DNA of 64,000 bases from Eledone cirrhosa. Taxonomy: Eukaryota. The stretch's first letter is position 1, and the number at the start of each line of letters is the position of its first letter. This document shows, piece after piece, positions 1-13,438 of the stretch. The notes beneath the pieces were generated by a model. It saw nothing but the letters and a program-made list of their open reading frames with translations. It did no database searches and was not told where the DNA came from. The translations under genes were made by a program, and so were the position numbers. The DNA is taken from positions 35,402,001-35,466,000 of the forward strand of contig OZ024754.1 of the NCBI GenBank assembly GCA_964016885.1. The letters run 5' to 3'.

Positions 1-200
1 GAGAGTGAGTGAATGGGAGAGAGAGTGGGGGAATGGGGGAATGAGTGGAGGAATGGGGGAATGAGTGGAGGAATGGGTGAAAGAGTGGGGGAATGGGTTA
101 GAGAGAGAATCGATCCCAGTACTGGATTGGTAATTTATCCATCTCGACAGGAGGAAAGACAAAGTCGACCCCGGTGAGATTCGAACTCAGAAAGTTGGAA
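1..200 (-). mobile_element. Partial SINE (family S3) with its internal pyrimidine tract expanded into a GAATGGGG-type minisatellite
   Basis: 108-200 is the reverse complement of the S3 body (ctgagttcgaatc...gtcgactttg...cagtactgggatcgattc); 1-107 is purine repeat where other S3 copies have a CT tract. Confidence 0.55.
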
Positions 201-291
201 TATAGGATCGATCGACTTTCGTCAAATCGGACCGAGGAAACAATGCTTCCGTTGGTCTTTCCAGTTGCTAATACTATCTATCCAGGTAGAA

Positions 292-410
292 GGAGCAACG
301 TGAAATAAAGTGTCTTGCTCAAGGACATAACGCATCGCCCGGTCCAGGAATCGAACTCACAACCTCACGATTGCGAATCCAATTCTCTAACCACTCAGTC
401 ACACGCCTTC
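292..410 (-). mobile_element. tRNA-derived CORE-type SINE (family S2), head region
   Basis: Minus strand has A-box-like tgactgagtggtt, B-box gagttcgattcc, then tgtccttgagcaagacact; motif recurs many times in the window. Confidence 0.7.
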
Positions 411-519
411 GCCCAATATAATACTGTAAAATATTATATTCCACCTCTCTGACGTTCTAACCACTCTTCCAAGTCGTCGCCTTCTGTATAACATCTAAAG
501 TCTGTCTCTAGCCTAGAGC

Positions 520-760
520 CTCTTCAAACCGATGCCCGTGCTGTTAAGGGAGTGAGAGTACATGATTCCCCCATGGACAGGACGTCAGTTAATCGCACAG
601 TTAAACCTCCATATATTGCTGGCACTAATTTTTAGCTGAGTTTACTGGAGCAACGTAAAACTAAGGGTTTTGCTCAAGAACACAACACACAACTCAGCCC
701 AGGAATCGAACCCACGACATTATGATCGTAAGTCCAATATCCTTATCTCTAGGTCCACTT
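520..760 (-). mobile_element. S2-related SINE variant
   Basis: ggagcaacgtaaa...ttgctcaagaacacaac...ggaatcgaaccc plus ccccatggacaggacgtcagt segment, also seen at about 6810-6975. Confidence 0.6.
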
Positions 761-841
761 CTATATAATATAGGAAAATAAATTCATTAATTAATATTGA
801 ATTAAATAAAACTCAATTTTGATATGAAAATTATAAAGTAT

Positions 842-873
<32 letters not shown>

Positions 874-880
<7 letters not shown>

Positions 881-960
881 TAACAGATTAAAGTTTAAGC
901 AAAGAAACGGTGGTTTCACCGTTAACGGATCTTCAAATTTATTATTATTATTATTACTAT
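874..960 (-). mobile_element. Short (TA)n-embedded repeat family E with HHR-like remnant
   Basis: ttaaaataacagattaaagtttaagcaaagaa shared with 35631-35730 and, reversed, 8540-8620; TGAAGA...GAAAC on minus strand. Confidence 0.45.
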
Positions 961-976
961 ATATATATATATATAG

Positions 977-1105
977 TAATATCTCCCCTGTTTGCTGAAA
1001 ATTAAAGTAAGTGAGACTGTCACTACTCTAAAACAATAGCATAAGGTCTTCGAAATGCTTTTAATTAAGCATACAGTGTATTGCAATATACACTATATAT
1101 ACATT
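977..1105 (+). mobile_element. 3' part of HHR element family I
   Basis: Matches 19830-19950 (gtcactact.taaaacaatagc.taaggtcttc.aaatgcttt.aattaagcatacagtgta); flanked by (TA)n. Confidence 0.7.
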
Positions 1106-1124
1106 TATATATATATATATATAT

Positions 1125-1313
1125 AATTGTTTATACTTTTGGCACAAGGCCAGCAATTCATCAGTACATTACTGGTACTTTATTTTATCGACCCCCTAAG
1201 GATGAAAGGCAAAGTTAACCTCGGCGGGATTTGAACTCAGATCTTAAAGGGACGTAACTATGCTGGAAAGCATGGCGTCCGACCCTCTATCGATACTGCC
1301 AATCCACCGCCCT
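1125..1313 (-). mobile_element. tRNA-derived SINE family S1, short subfamily
   Basis: Minus strand: ggcggtggattggcagtatcg...B-box gagttcaaatccc...gcctttcatcc...gtcgataaaataaagtaccag...ggccttgtgcc tail; more than 15 copies in window. Confidence 0.85.
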
Positions 1314-1655
1314 TATATATATAATGAAAATTATTGTGTACAGTGCTCAGGTACACGATAACTCATCAAAGGTGCATGTATGCATGTATAGTACATAGAA
1401 TAATGTACAAATGGCAGGAAAGTGAACAGTGTATGAGTCATGATATACACACAGATACCTGCCTACGTGTGTATGGAGGGGCAATATCAGGTGTAGTGTT
1501 GGCTAATTCCGGGAAGCATGGAAGTTTTGAAGGATGCACTTTCCCGATAGCTAACAACCGATGCAGGTCGTTTATTCAATGCTTCAGCAACACTGAGCGT
1601 AACACATTTGTACCACCAGAAAAGGTATATATACCACCATATTACTTGGACAGTC

Positions 1656-1706
1656 GGCTTCCTGATGATTTCTCCCGAATGAAACAGATCTAGTCCTATA
1701 GAAGCC
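1656..1706 (+). ncRNA. Type I hammerhead ribozyme motif in family A element (about 1625-1797)
   Basis: ggcttc-CTGATGA-tttctcccgaat-GAAACAG-atctagtc-CTAT-A-gaagcc; stem I ggcttc/gaagcc; one stem III mismatch. Confidence 0.65.
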
Positions 1707-1804
1707 ATTTCTATATATTATATATTTATACCCTGTTACGAATTAAGTACTTTACTTACTGTGGTTACCCCCCGATTGAACCCAGGATAAACTTACAATA
1801 TATA

Positions 1805-1998
1805 TAACGAAGGAAATGTGGTACGGAACCAGATGGACCATAACGCACCAAAGTACTCAATACTTAGGGTAGTAGAGTGGGTAATAGGAACGAGTAGGAC
1901 CCCGACGGCTGAGCTCAAGCTGTTTCGACGGCTAATTCAGTCCAGAATTAGCCGTCGAAACGGCTTGAGCTCAGCCGTCGGGGTCCTACTCGTTCCTA
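1805..1998. mobile_element. Hairpin element family C (Penelope-like terminal repeat with HHR 3' half)
   Basis: Inverted arms about 1885-1938 and 1945-1998; GAAAC-ggcttgagctcagcc-GTC; (TA)n on both sides. Confidence 0.75.
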
Positions 1999-2016
1999 TA
2001 TATATATATATATATA

Positions 2017-2217
2017 TAGAAGTGGTAACACAACAGTTAGTTCACCATACCGAGAACAGGTTCCGTATAACCATAACCAGTACGAGCTGAGGATCCGCTA
2101 AGGTGAAACAATTGTTCTCTGTATGGTGAACTAACTGTTGTGTTACCACTTCTACCTAACTCGTCCCATGGACTGAGTGTTCTACCAATAAGGATTTTAC
2201 CTTCCAGTGTTCTACCT
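2017..2217 (+). mobile_element. Hairpin element family B with complete HHR motif at 2084-2119
   Basis: gag-CTGAGGA-tccgctaaggt-GAAAC-aatt-GTT-ctc; 42 bp inverted arms 2017-2058 and 2113-2154; (TA)n flanks. Confidence 0.65.
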
Positions 2218-2235
2218 ATATAATATATATATATA

Positions 2236-2333
2236 TAGGAACAAGTAGGACCCCGACGGCTGAGCTCAAGCCGTTTCGACGGCTAATTCTTGTCCAGAAT
2301 TGAGCTCTGCCGTCGTGGTTAAACATTTTCCTA
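2236..2333. mobile_element. Family C hairpin with arms from two different subfamilies
   Basis: Left arm (reverse complement) reads gtcctacttgttccta; right arm reads gttaaacattttccta. Confidence 0.7.
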
Positions 2334-2356
2334 TATATATATATATATATATATAT

Positions 2357-2542
2357 GAAAATGTTTAACCCCGACGGCAGAGCTCAAGCCGTTTCGACGG
2401 CTATTTCTGGACTAGCCGTCGAAACGGCTTGAGCTCTGCCATCGAGGTTAAACATTTTCCTATTACCTACTCTACTACTCTAAGTATCGAGTACTCTGGT
2501 GCGTTATGGTCCATCTGATTCCTTACTATACTTCCTTCGTTA
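2357..2542. mobile_element. Family C hairpin element
   Basis: Short inverted arm followed by full plus-strand arm ending cttcgtta(TA)n. Confidence 0.75.
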
Positions 2543-2549
2543 TATATAT

Positions 2550-2780
2550 AAGGGTTAAAATACTGGAGCGTGTTGGAGTTAAACACCCTCTTCGTATTAT
2601 AGAAATGACAGTAAAAGGTATAGCTCAATGTAGTTAAACAGAGCCGAAAAATTAAGAGAGTAAAACAAAGAAGCCTTCAATACATCAAAAGTCTTTATTA
2701 GCCGACAATGTAGGACGAAATATTGTCGGCTAATAAAGACTTTTGATGTATTGAAGGCTTCTTTGTTTTACTCTCTTAAT
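2550..2780. mobile_element. Hairpin element family D (HHR 3' half plus AATAAA)
   Basis: About 60 bp perfect inverted arms 2650-2708 and 2721-2780; gacGAAATattGTCggctAATAAA; (TA)n flanks. Confidence 0.6.
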
Positions 2781-3303
2781 ATATATATATATATATATAT
2801 ATTGTTTCTTCTTTCAATCTGGCAGCAGCCTACATACGAATCTCCTTAAAGTAAAGTACACTATCTTTACCTTACAGTCATAAAGTAGCCCTCCCCCCAC
2901 TATCGTTCTGACGACTCACCGACTCTTACTCTACATTAATTAACCTAAAATATTTCCTTCCAACAAAGCTGCATTTTGTAAAATATTCATATTTCGCAAA
3001 ATAGAGTTTTTAGAGAAAAAAAAAAAAAGCCGTTTATTTTTTCCGTTTTTCGTTTTTTTTCCTTGTTTTTGTTTTGTTTTTAATACAAATATCAATAATC
3101 CTTTTAGGTTCTTTTACAATAAGTTACTCCCATTAGTTTTTTTTTGTTGTTTCTATCACTTTTTGTGTTTTTTTGTAAAGAAATACTTAATTTTTTTTTT
3201 ATTGCAAAGCAAGTGTGCTTTTTTATGTTGTTGTGGATATATATTTCAATGTTCAATGGATGAATCACAACTATATAAATATATTTAAAGAATTATTTGC
3301 AGT

Positions 3304-3402
<99 letters not shown>

Positions 3403-3999
3403 ATATATATATCCTGTTTTATTATCTCTCACTCTCAGCTTTCATTACTATTACTAACAACAACAATAATAATAATAATAATACCACCACCATCACCACC
3501 AAAATCACCACTACTACTACTTTCACTGGCAATGCATTGATGTTGTGGTTGGTAGGATGGTTGGTAGGAACGTTCCTGATTATACCTTTAATACTATTAT
3601 GAACATCATCAGCCCCCCCCCTCCCCTCATACGTCCCCAACAGCACCAGATTCTCCATATTGACATTATCACGTGTATCTGGGTCACAGGTTGCTACATT
3701 CACCAACATCTACAACAACTCGTTGTAATACAAACATTTCTAGACCTGAAAACTGAGCAAAACTTATTCCAACACAGAACGGGAACGAGCCGATCGTCAT
3801 ATATTTCTTCCATTAGTCTTTCTACTGATGGCGCCATCTGCCGGTCCTAACTCATGCCAGAAAGAGCAACAAGGAACTATAGTATTTTTTAAATAACACA
3901 ACGAACAGCCCGGCCAGAGAGGCGAAACCACGACCTTAATAAAGTGGAGACCAACACCATAACCACTAGCCCAACAAATACCCAAGTGAAATGAAATAA

Positions 4000-4381
4000 C
4001 TGTTTCTACTTTTTGTCACAAGGCCAGCAATTATCTCAATAAATTACTGGTACTTTATTTTATCGACCCCGAAACGATGAAAGGCAAAGTTAACCTCGCC
4101 GGGATTTGAACTCAGATCCTAAAGCCCCCCCCCCCCCCGTAACTCTATGCTGCTAAGCATGGCGTCCGACCCTCAACCGATACTGCCAATCCACCGCCAA
4201 GTGAAATGAAATAACTGTTTCTACTTTTGGTATAAGGCCAGCAATTATCCCAGTGTATTACTGGTACTTTATTTTATCGACCCCGTAAGGATGAAAGGCA
4301 AAGTTAACCACGGTGGGATTTGAACTCAGATGGTAAAGGGCCGTAACTCTATGCTGTTAAGCTGATACTGTCCATCCCCCG
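4000..4381 (-). mobile_element. Two tandem S1 SINE copies
   Basis: Copies at 4000-4196 and 4215-4381 are bounded by three copies of ccaagtgaaatgaaataa (3982, 4197, 4382). Confidence 0.85.
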
Positions 4382-4531
4382 CCAAGTGAAATGAAATAAT
4401 ATCATAGAGACCCATTCTAGAAAGGCTAACCTTGAGCAAATCACCTAGTTATCGATATTACTAAACACTTTCACAAAACGACATTATTTTAATCATTTAT
4501 TGATTTCAGTCATTAGAATGTGGCCATGTGA

Positions 4532-4885
4532 CCGTCACACTCATGCCGTCACACTCATGCCGTCACACTCATTCCGTCACACTCATATCGTCACACTCAT
4601 ATCGTCACACTCATATCGTCACACTCATATCGTCACACTCATGCCTCGTCACACTCATGTCCCGTCACACTCATGCCGTCACACTCATGCCCCGTCACAC
4701 TCATGTCGTCGCTCTCATGTTGTCACACTCATGTCATCACACTCATGGCATCACACTCATGCCGTCACACTCATGGCATCACACGCATGGCATCACACGC
4801 ATGGCATCACACTCATGCTCTCCCACTCAAAGCACTTATGTCCGCGCACTCAAGCTCGCCCACTCATGTCCGCCCACTCATGTCC
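4532..4885. repeat. About 14-bp minisatellite (cgtcacactcatNN)
   Basis: Period 14 visible at 4561, 4575 and 4589. Confidence 0.9.
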
Positions 4886-4967
4886 TACTCCACCATTCTC
4901 TAAACATTGTTACACAAACTACTCCAACTCTACTTAAACTGCCGAGAGAACTGGTTCTTGGCAGTTA

Positions 4968-6660
4968 CAACACCACCATCATCATCAACACCACCAGCAC
5001 CACCACCAGCAACACCACCACCACCACCACCACCAGCAACACCACCACCACCAACACCACCACCACCAGCACCACCAGCAACACCACCACCACCAGCAAC
5101 ACTACCACCACCACCAGTACCACCACCACCAGCAACACCACCACCACCAGTAACACTACCACTACCACCAGCAACACCACCACCAGCAACACCACCACCA
5201 CCAGCACCACCAGCAACACCACCACCACCAGCAACACTACCACCACCAGCACCACCACCACCAGCAACACCACCACCACCAGTAACACTACCACTACCAC
5301 CAGCAACACCACCACCACCACCACCACCACCAGCAACACTACTACTACCACCACCACCAGCAACACTACCACCAGCAACACCACCACCAGCAACACTACT
5401 ACCACCACCACCAGCAACGCTACCACCACCACCACCAACACTACTACCACCAGCAACACCACCACCACCAACACCAACACCACCACCATCAGTAAAGACA
5501 CTTCCACCATCTATTGAACCACGCCCCCCCCACTCACAGCACCAATACCAACCACAACAACAATAACAACAAATAACAACAACAACAACAGCAACAACGA
5601 TATAATCCTACGTCATCTCATTTCTACCTTCCTCCCACTACTACCATCTATTCTCCCCCTTCCACCTGTGTTCCATTAGCAAATGAGAAACAGGAGCACC
5701 ACCACTTCCAGCTCCTCCACCACCACCACCACCACCACCGCCATCACTTCCAACTCCTCCACCACCACCACTTCCAACTCCTCCACCACCACCACTACCA
5801 CCTCCTTCACCAACACCACCGCCACCACCACTTCCAGCTCCTCCACCACCAGCACCGCCGCCGCCGCCACCACTTCCAACTCCTCCACCACCACCGCCAC
5901 TACCAGCTCCTTCACCACCGCCAACACCACTTCCAGCTCCTCCATCACCACCACCACCACCGCCGCCGCCACTACCACTTCCAGCTCCTCCCCCACCACC
6001 ACTACCACTTCCAGCTCCTCCATCACCACCACCGCCGCCGCCACCACTTCCAGCTCCTCCCCCACCACCGCCACTACCACTGCCAGCTCCTCCACCACCA
6101 CCACTTCCAGCTCCTCCACCAACACCCCCCCCACCACTACCACAATTACCCCAAACACTTCCACTACCAGCTCCTCCACCACCGCCACCGCTGCTATCAC
6201 CATCACAACATTAATACCACCACCACCACCATCGCCATCACCCCTACCATTACCACCGCCATCACCATGACAATATTAATACCATCACCATCATCACAAC
6301 ATTGTGCGTATTGGAGATTGAGGTGGTGGTGGTAATGGTGGTAATGGTGGTGGTGATGGTGGTGGTAATAGTGGTGGTGATGATGGTGATGATGATGATG
6401 GTGGTAATGGTGGTTGTGATGATGATGGTGATGATGGTGGTAATGGTGGTGGTAATGGTGGTGGTGATGATGGTGGTGATGATGGTGGTGATGGTGGTGG
6501 TAATAGTGGTGGTGGCAATGATGGTGATGGGGGTTGTGATGGTGGTGGAAATGATGGTGATGGTGGTAATGGTGCTGGTAATGGTGGTGTTGTTAGTGGT
6601 GGTGTAACATGAGTATGTATTGGTTATTGAGGTGGTAGTGGTGGTGGTGTTGTTGTTAGA
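4968..6660. repeat. Compound trinucleotide repeats: ACC/AGC/AAC (4968-5600), ACC/TCC (5695-6300), GGT/GAT (6320-6660)
   Basis: Direct reading of the sequence. Confidence 0.9.
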
Positions 6661-6989
6661 CTTTGTGTAATGTAGCTCTTCATTTGTTGTTGTGGGTATT
6701 GATTTGTCTCCCCTTCCTTTAATGGGTACAGCTAACATCAAAGACTTGTCAGCTGTGACCATCTTTTCAAGCACTTTTCGTCTTGGACAACATTGTATAA
6801 AGTCTGTTTCGAGCCCTGGGACTCTTCAAGCTGGTACTTATCCTGGTTTCCGTAGCATCATGAGACTGAGAGTACAGACTCTCCCCTGGACTGGACGCCA
6901 GTCCATCACAGGGTTAAATTCCCAGTTATTGCTGGTACTTATTTTCAGTTGACTATACAGGAGCAACGTGAAATTAACATGTATGTGAC

Positions 6990-7426
6990 TGAGATTTCCA
7001 GAGATACATATTACATGTATCCTTAACGTAACGTCAGCGTGACACAGCGTGTGATGAGGGTGGCCCTTTGAACTTAGAGATACAACTCATCTTTGCTAGA
7101 TGTGTGCACTGAAGCAACATGAAGTAATTGTTTCTACTTTTGGCACAAGGCCAGCAAATTACCCAGTACATTACTGGTACTTTATTTTATCGACCCCGTA
7201 AGGATGAAAGGCAAAGTCAACCTCGGCGGGATTTGAACTCAGATCTTAAAGGGACGTAACTATGCTGGAAAGCATGGCGTCCAACCCTCTACCGATACTG
7301 CCAATTCACCGCCAATTCACCAAGCAACATGAAATAATGTATCTTGCTCAAGGATGCAACGAACCGCCCGGAATTGTCCCCACAACTTAACGATCTTGAG
7401 CCGAATACGCTAACCACTAAGCCAGG
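6990..7426 (-). mobile_element. S2 SINE interrupted by an S1 SINE (7126-7321)
   Basis: TSD aagcaacatgaa(g/a)taat at 7112-7128 and 7322-7338 lies inside the S2 motif. Confidence 0.8.
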
Positions 7427-7614
7427 CTTAGTGGTTAGCTTAACTATATATATATAAAGTATTTTCCTGAGTCCTGTATTTTCGTTGCTCTGGTGATGCG
7501 GCTGGACTGCCGATCGCTATATTTGATTTGCTAAGCTGTCTAAACGTATTGTTATTACTCTGGGGTACTATCCCCATCCGAGTGCTAAAGCTTCGTTAAT
7601 GCTGTACTAAAATT

Positions 7615-8263
<649 letters not shown>

Positions 8264-8621
8264 GCAACCGGTGCTTTGTAAAGAACACTAAACTTCAGCA
8301 CTGAGCATATCAAATGATCGAAATAACAGAGGTAAACATTTCAATGTTTGTTTGTTTGTTTTTTTGTTCAAATTCTAGCTGCCTGATGAGATCATAGCTG
8401 TTGCATAATGGTTATCACTGAAATATATATAACAGCGATTATGAATAAACGAAATTAAAAATGTCAAGACTAAAATCCGAAGAGGGCTCGATAAGGATTA
8501 TATACATATATATATGCATAAAATAAATATAAACCCGTAGAGCAAATATTTCAGAAGATTTCGTTAAGTGTGAAAGCAGCGATTCTTTGCTTAAACTTTA
8601 ATCTGTTCTTATAATGCATAC

Positions 8622-8713
<92 letters not shown>

Positions 8714-9538
8714 GATAGATATATTTCTTTATTTACCATAAAGGCATTATATATATATAGATAGATAGATAGGTAAATATACACGGGTGTGTATGATTGT
8801 GTATAGAAGATTATATTAATAAGAGGAATTCCAACTTTGTCTGATTTACTCGTTTTATTTACAATCCTTTAAAATTTATAATGGTATTATAATGTTTTCT
8901 TTATTTTTTTTTTTTTTTTTTTTTTTGGTATGATAGAATATTAAATTCTAAGTGTTAATTGAACAAGTACTTTCATGCTTTCGCAATCTTCAGGTTCATA
9001 ATATGTGGTGACAGTCAAATATAAGAGAGAGAGATAGTATGGCCAAAACAAGCCGTCGGGAATGGGAATGGAACTCATGATCTTACACCCCAACCACTAA
9101 GCCACGCACCTCCACACTAAATATATAGAAACTACAGAATAATGCATTCTTGTGTGTGCCATATAACTATGTTAATGTTTGCTTTGGTCTTTAGCCTGAC
9201 ATTCACGAGTAAATTCTCCCACTGGACAGGCTAGAAAGCTTTCTCTTTAATTGCTACATTGCTACATATGATATCTGATGAGGTAGAGACCGCTTGAGAC
9301 AATATTTATCACACATTTTAACTAGTGCTAGGACGCTGAAAAACAATGCCATCAAATACTTGCATAGCAATTCACATACATACGCCAAATGACACATATT
9401 GAATATACATCAATTATTCATAGAATATATAAATTTACGTCTGTCTCTTTCATTACACACACGAACGTATATGTATGCATATATCTTTATATCTGTGTAT
9501 CTGCGTGTGTGTTTAAGTAAATATGTGGATGTGTGCCA

Positions 9539-9589
<51 letters not shown>

Positions 9590-9847
9590 CACATATATAT
9601 ATATATACGCACCTAAACAAACACACACATATATATACACCTAAACAAACATATATCTAAACACACAAATATATATATACCTACACACACACACACACAT
9701 ATATATACACACACACACATATATATATATGTATATACACACAAATTTAATCTTTATATAACTATGGTATTTACTCACACAGTCGAGAATGACTTCGTAT
9801 GAGTATGTGCTATGTTTTAGCTAATGGTTGTGGTGCCAATCTAAGTC

Positions 9848-10555
9848 AGTGAATTGGCAGATTCTTTAGAACGTCGGATAGAATGCTAGGTGGCGGTACT
9901 GGTCCCGAATCTCTGAGGAGTTCAAATCCCACCGAGATCAGTTTTAATATCGTTTCCAGATCGATAAATAAAATATCAGTTCAGTACTGGGATCGATTCT
10001 TTCTCTATATCTCTTTCTCATCCACTCTCTCTTTCCCCATACACCCTCTATTTCCCACACACCTCCCTTTCTCACACACCCTCTTTCCCCACACACTCTC
10101 TTTCCCCACACACTCTTTCCCCACACACTCTCTTTCCCCACACACTCTTTCCCCACACACCCTCTCTTTCCCACACACCTCCCTTTCTCACACACTCTCT
10201 TTCTCCACACACCCTCTCTTTCCCACACACCATCTCTTTCCCACACACCATCTCTTTCCCCACACACCCTCTCTTTCTCATACACCCTCCCTTTCTCATA
10301 CACCCTCCCTTTCTCATACACCCTCCCTTTCTCACACCCTCCCTTTCTCACACCCTCCCTTTTTCACACACCCTCCCTTTCTCACACCCCTCTCTTTCCC
10401 ACACACCTCCCTTTCCCACACCCTCCCTTTCTCACACCCTCTTCTCTGGAAAAACAAACCGCCTGTGTTGTTCAGTCAGAGATAGATGGGCCCCGACAGG
10501 TTTCTAAAATACCACGACGCCCTTACGACTCCATCAGAAATTACAGCTCCATACA
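9848..10555 (+). mobile_element. S3 SINE with about 440 bp internal CT/CA minisatellite (about 10000-10445)
   Basis: Head gaattggcagattc...gagttcaaatccc...cagtactgggatcgattc; tail ctctggaaaaa...ttcagtc...cccttacgactccatcag. Confidence 0.65.
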
Positions 10556-10882
10556 TTAGGTGCCAATATAAACGAGAAACATCCTCTGTAATATCCGTTA
10601 AATCAATATACTATTATTGTTGTGTTATTGATCTTCTTGACGTGTGTGTGTGCGTGTGCGCGTCTAATCTGTCGACCAAAATACATATGGCATATAATAC
10701 TACTCAAACGTGTATCGAGTCTCTCTCTCTTTATGTATGTATGTATGTATGTATGTATGTATGTATGTATGTATGTATGTATGTATGTATGTATGTATGT
10801 ATGTATGCGTGTGTACATATATATATATAACCGCACACATATGTAGAAGTGCATTTATGTATGCCTATATGGACACACACAC

Positions 10883-10916
<34 letters not shown>

Positions 10917-11457
10917 TACACATCATAATTAGAAATTTCTAAAATGATTAGTTGAATTACAATTTGATAAGCACATGTGATATCCATTTTGTTTCATGTG
11001 ATATATTCGATATGACCGATTCAATTATGAAAGTTAAAGTTATATATGAAAAATATGGCGGCTTATTTTATCACAACTGACATTGCAGAGTGAGGTCATA
11101 TGACAATTTCAAAAGATGAGCTAAATATAATATTAGACTAACTTAATTTTTGAAATCTCATGCTGAATGTTACTAAAATATTATAAATAATAGTATACAA
11201 TGATGGATTGAAAAGTTCAGAGAATGACTGTGAAGGGGTGACGCTAGAGCTCTGAAATCTTGCATACATTAATTTCAACTCTTCGTATTAATACATATAT
11301 GTAAAGTCTGCGGTGTCGAGAGAACGGTTGCTTTATCATTCTCTAACACCTTTTATGGTGTGTCTTTGTACCATCTTTTTTCTGTTGGTATTTCATAATA
11401 CTGGCATAACTTCCAGTGTATGAGGGTCCCAACTCAACAATGCCTGTAGATATATTC

Positions 11458-11495
<38 letters not shown>

Positions 11496-11497
<2 letters not shown>

Positions 11498-11623
11498 GGC
11501 ATGCTTGCTTGGAACAGCAAGAACCCTCCGATACGTCCTGAATATCTGAGGCTGCAGGTAGTGGCTTGATATTCATTCCAACGGACTTTCCAGTTAACCA
11601 ACATCAATGACTGAGATTCAAGG
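11496..11623 (+). mobile_element. 5'-truncated R4/Dong-clade non-LTR retrotransposon 3' end
   Basis: 11496-11549 encodes KACLLGTARTLRYVLNI*, like the LLGTARILR C-terminus of this clade; (TAA)n on both sides. Confidence 0.7.
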
Positions 11624-11645
11624 AATAATAATAATAATAATAATA

Positions 11646-11714
<69 letters not shown>

Positions 11715-11717
<3 letters not shown>

Positions 11718-11882
11718 CAAAGAAAGTGTGGTAAGATACCAGGTACTCGAGTGGGTAGTAGGAAAAGAGTCAGGACCCCGACGGCTGAGCTCCGTCCGTT
11801 TCGACAGCTAGATCCGATCTATTTCGGATCTAGCCATCGAAACGGCCGGAGCTCAGCCGTCGGGGTCCTGACTCTTTTCCTA
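11715..11882. mobile_element. Family C hairpin element (gtcctgactcttttcc subfamily)
   Basis: Inverted arms around cggatctatttcggatc centre; GAAAC...GTC; (TA)n flanks. Confidence 0.75.
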
Positions 11883-13190
<1,308 letters not shown>

Positions 13191-13242
13191 CTGTATATCG
13201 GGAATTTTACCCGCCCTAGATGTACATAGATATATAGATATA

Positions 13243-13438
13243 TAGGAACCAGTAAGACCCCGACGGCTGAGCTCAAGCTGTTTCGACGGCTAATTCTGGA
13301 CGGCTAATTAGCCGTCGAAACGGCTTGAGCTCAGCCGTCGGGGTCTTACTGGTTCCTATTACCCACTCTACTACACTAAGTATTGAGTACTTTGGTGCGT
13401 TATGGTCCACCTGCTTCCTTACCACATTTCCTTCGTTA
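13243..13438. mobile_element. Family C hairpin element
   Basis: Short inverted arm plus full arm, same sequence as 1805-1998 in the opposite orientation. Confidence 0.8.

Noticed and set aside
1125-1313. tRNA genes suggested by A/B boxes
   Set aside because: Boxes lie in multi-copy SINE heads without a cloverleaf
1334-1693. 119-aa ORF upstream of the family A ribozyme as a Penelope ORF remnant
   Set aside because: No RT or GIY-YIG motifs recognisable; non-ATG start
4528-6270. Mucin-like Thr/Ser or Pro-rich ORFs
   Set aside because: Trinucleotide repeat open in most frames; no signal peptide, domain or clear splice context
11343-11445. Possible minus-strand exon (IVELGPSYTGSYASIMKYQQKKD)
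   Set aside because: Weak acceptor context, ambiguous donor and no recognisable homology
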